Part shown: positions 62,886 to 64,000 of the stretch, in pieces
How the letters are laid out: the number at the start of each line of letters is the position of its first letter
How positions within the stretch are numbered: position 1 is the stretch's first letter
Assembly: GCA_951406725.2 (NCBI GenBank)
Contig: OX597818.1
Coordinates: 3,906,001 to 3,970,000 of the forward strand
Length of the DNA stretch: 64,000 nt
Source: Octopus vulgaris
Taxonomy: Eukaryota
Reading direction: 5' to 3'
Translations under genes and position numbers: made by a program
The notes under the pieces: model-generated
What the model was told of the DNA's origin: nothing
Databases searched by the model: none
What the model saw: only the letters and a program-made list of their open reading frames with translations

Positions 62886-64000
62886 GCTGAAGCATACTGT
62901 TGGGTGGGGGGGCAATTTAACTATGAGCTGGAAATTTTTTTTCATATCTCCAAAATTCTCCATTCACAATTCAAATCTGAGTTGTGTAGTCATAATTTAA
63001 TACTAATCCTTTAAGAAGTCAGACTGTTGAGTTGATATTGTTTTTGTTAGCAGTGGTTGGTGGTGGTTGATTTCCAATCTACTAACTTTTCGTAAGGCGT
63101 AGTTTGCTAGTTAAGACCGTGAAAAAAATATCAGATTTTAAATACACTGAACAATAGCACCCAAACCTTTTAGTTCTTCTGTAGAGATGTAATTAGAGGT
63201 TTAAAGATAGATATACAATTGTGTCATTAGTGTATAATACGAGGAAATAGGTTGCCAACAATGATAACAAAAAGCGCTTGTATGATTTTAATTTGATTGC
63301 TGGATAGGGCAAATAATGTTCGAAACATTAGATTTTCACTCTCACGGCGACAAAAGTTTCTCACACCAAGAAACACTTTTCAAAAAGTTTTATTAGAATA
63401 TTGGGAATAACAACAATATTGATTTAATAAAATACCATAACAACATAGTTTATATGCAATTTAGCAGAGATGCTTAATGTGTAGAGTGAAGTCGACGCTC
63501 ATTGAAACATAGATCAAGGCAACGCCGTCACAGTAAGCAGAAATCTAAATTTTGACAGAATAAAGTCTGTTTACTGTGTTTATCACTTTTGTGTATTGAA
63601 CTTATATTAAATGTTCATGATATTTTGTTAGACATATTGCGACAGATATATCATCAAGGTGAATGAGTATAGTAAATGATGTACTAATTAATGACCTTGT
63701 TGCATTACACAATAAAAATCTTATTAAGGTAACATTTGTCTTGAGATCGAAATGCCTTATCCTATAGATAATAATATAATAATAATATGAAACAAAATAT
63801 AACATAAAAAAGTTACAATGACCATATAAACGATCACATATGACGAGATAGTTGCTTGTAAATAAACGTGAAACAAAAAGGATAAATGTGACATGTTAAC
63901 ATAGCTGGAATAAAATAACACTTTGTTTAAAGACAGATAAAACAATATTTTTAATATTTTACCCACCATCGCAGTCGAAAAGAAATGTATCAACATGTGC

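Overview
Eukaryotic, AT-rich window made almost entirely of nested transposable elements and (TA)n/(CA)n/(TACA)n microsatellites. The repeat content suggests a coleoid cephalopod such as Octopus; this is my inference and was not checked. I could not support any host protein-coding gene, and most short ORFs in the track are microsatellite or antisense artefacts. Retroelements present: at least 7 RTE-clade LINE copies (one near full length at 21117-26803 on the minus strand, one ORF-less internally deleted sister at 5411-7801), three decayed R2/R4-like LINEs, CR1/L2-like fragments, Penelope-like elements with hammerhead ribozyme motifs, two Ty3/Gypsy remnants and tRNA-derived SINEs. DNA elements present: Helitrons, piggyBac elements and a MITE, a Chapaev3-like remnant, Tc1/mariner/maT relics and a ~180-bp satellite. 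The most interesting signals all concern the RTE family: (1) a C4HC3 PHD-type finger inserted inside the reverse transcriptase; (2) 5' ends built from tandem monomers (316, 364 and ~566 bp), reminiscent of mouse L1 promoters; (3) an ORF-less 5'+3' bipartite derivative; (4) a variable-copy array of predicted pseudoknot units in the 3' UTR.
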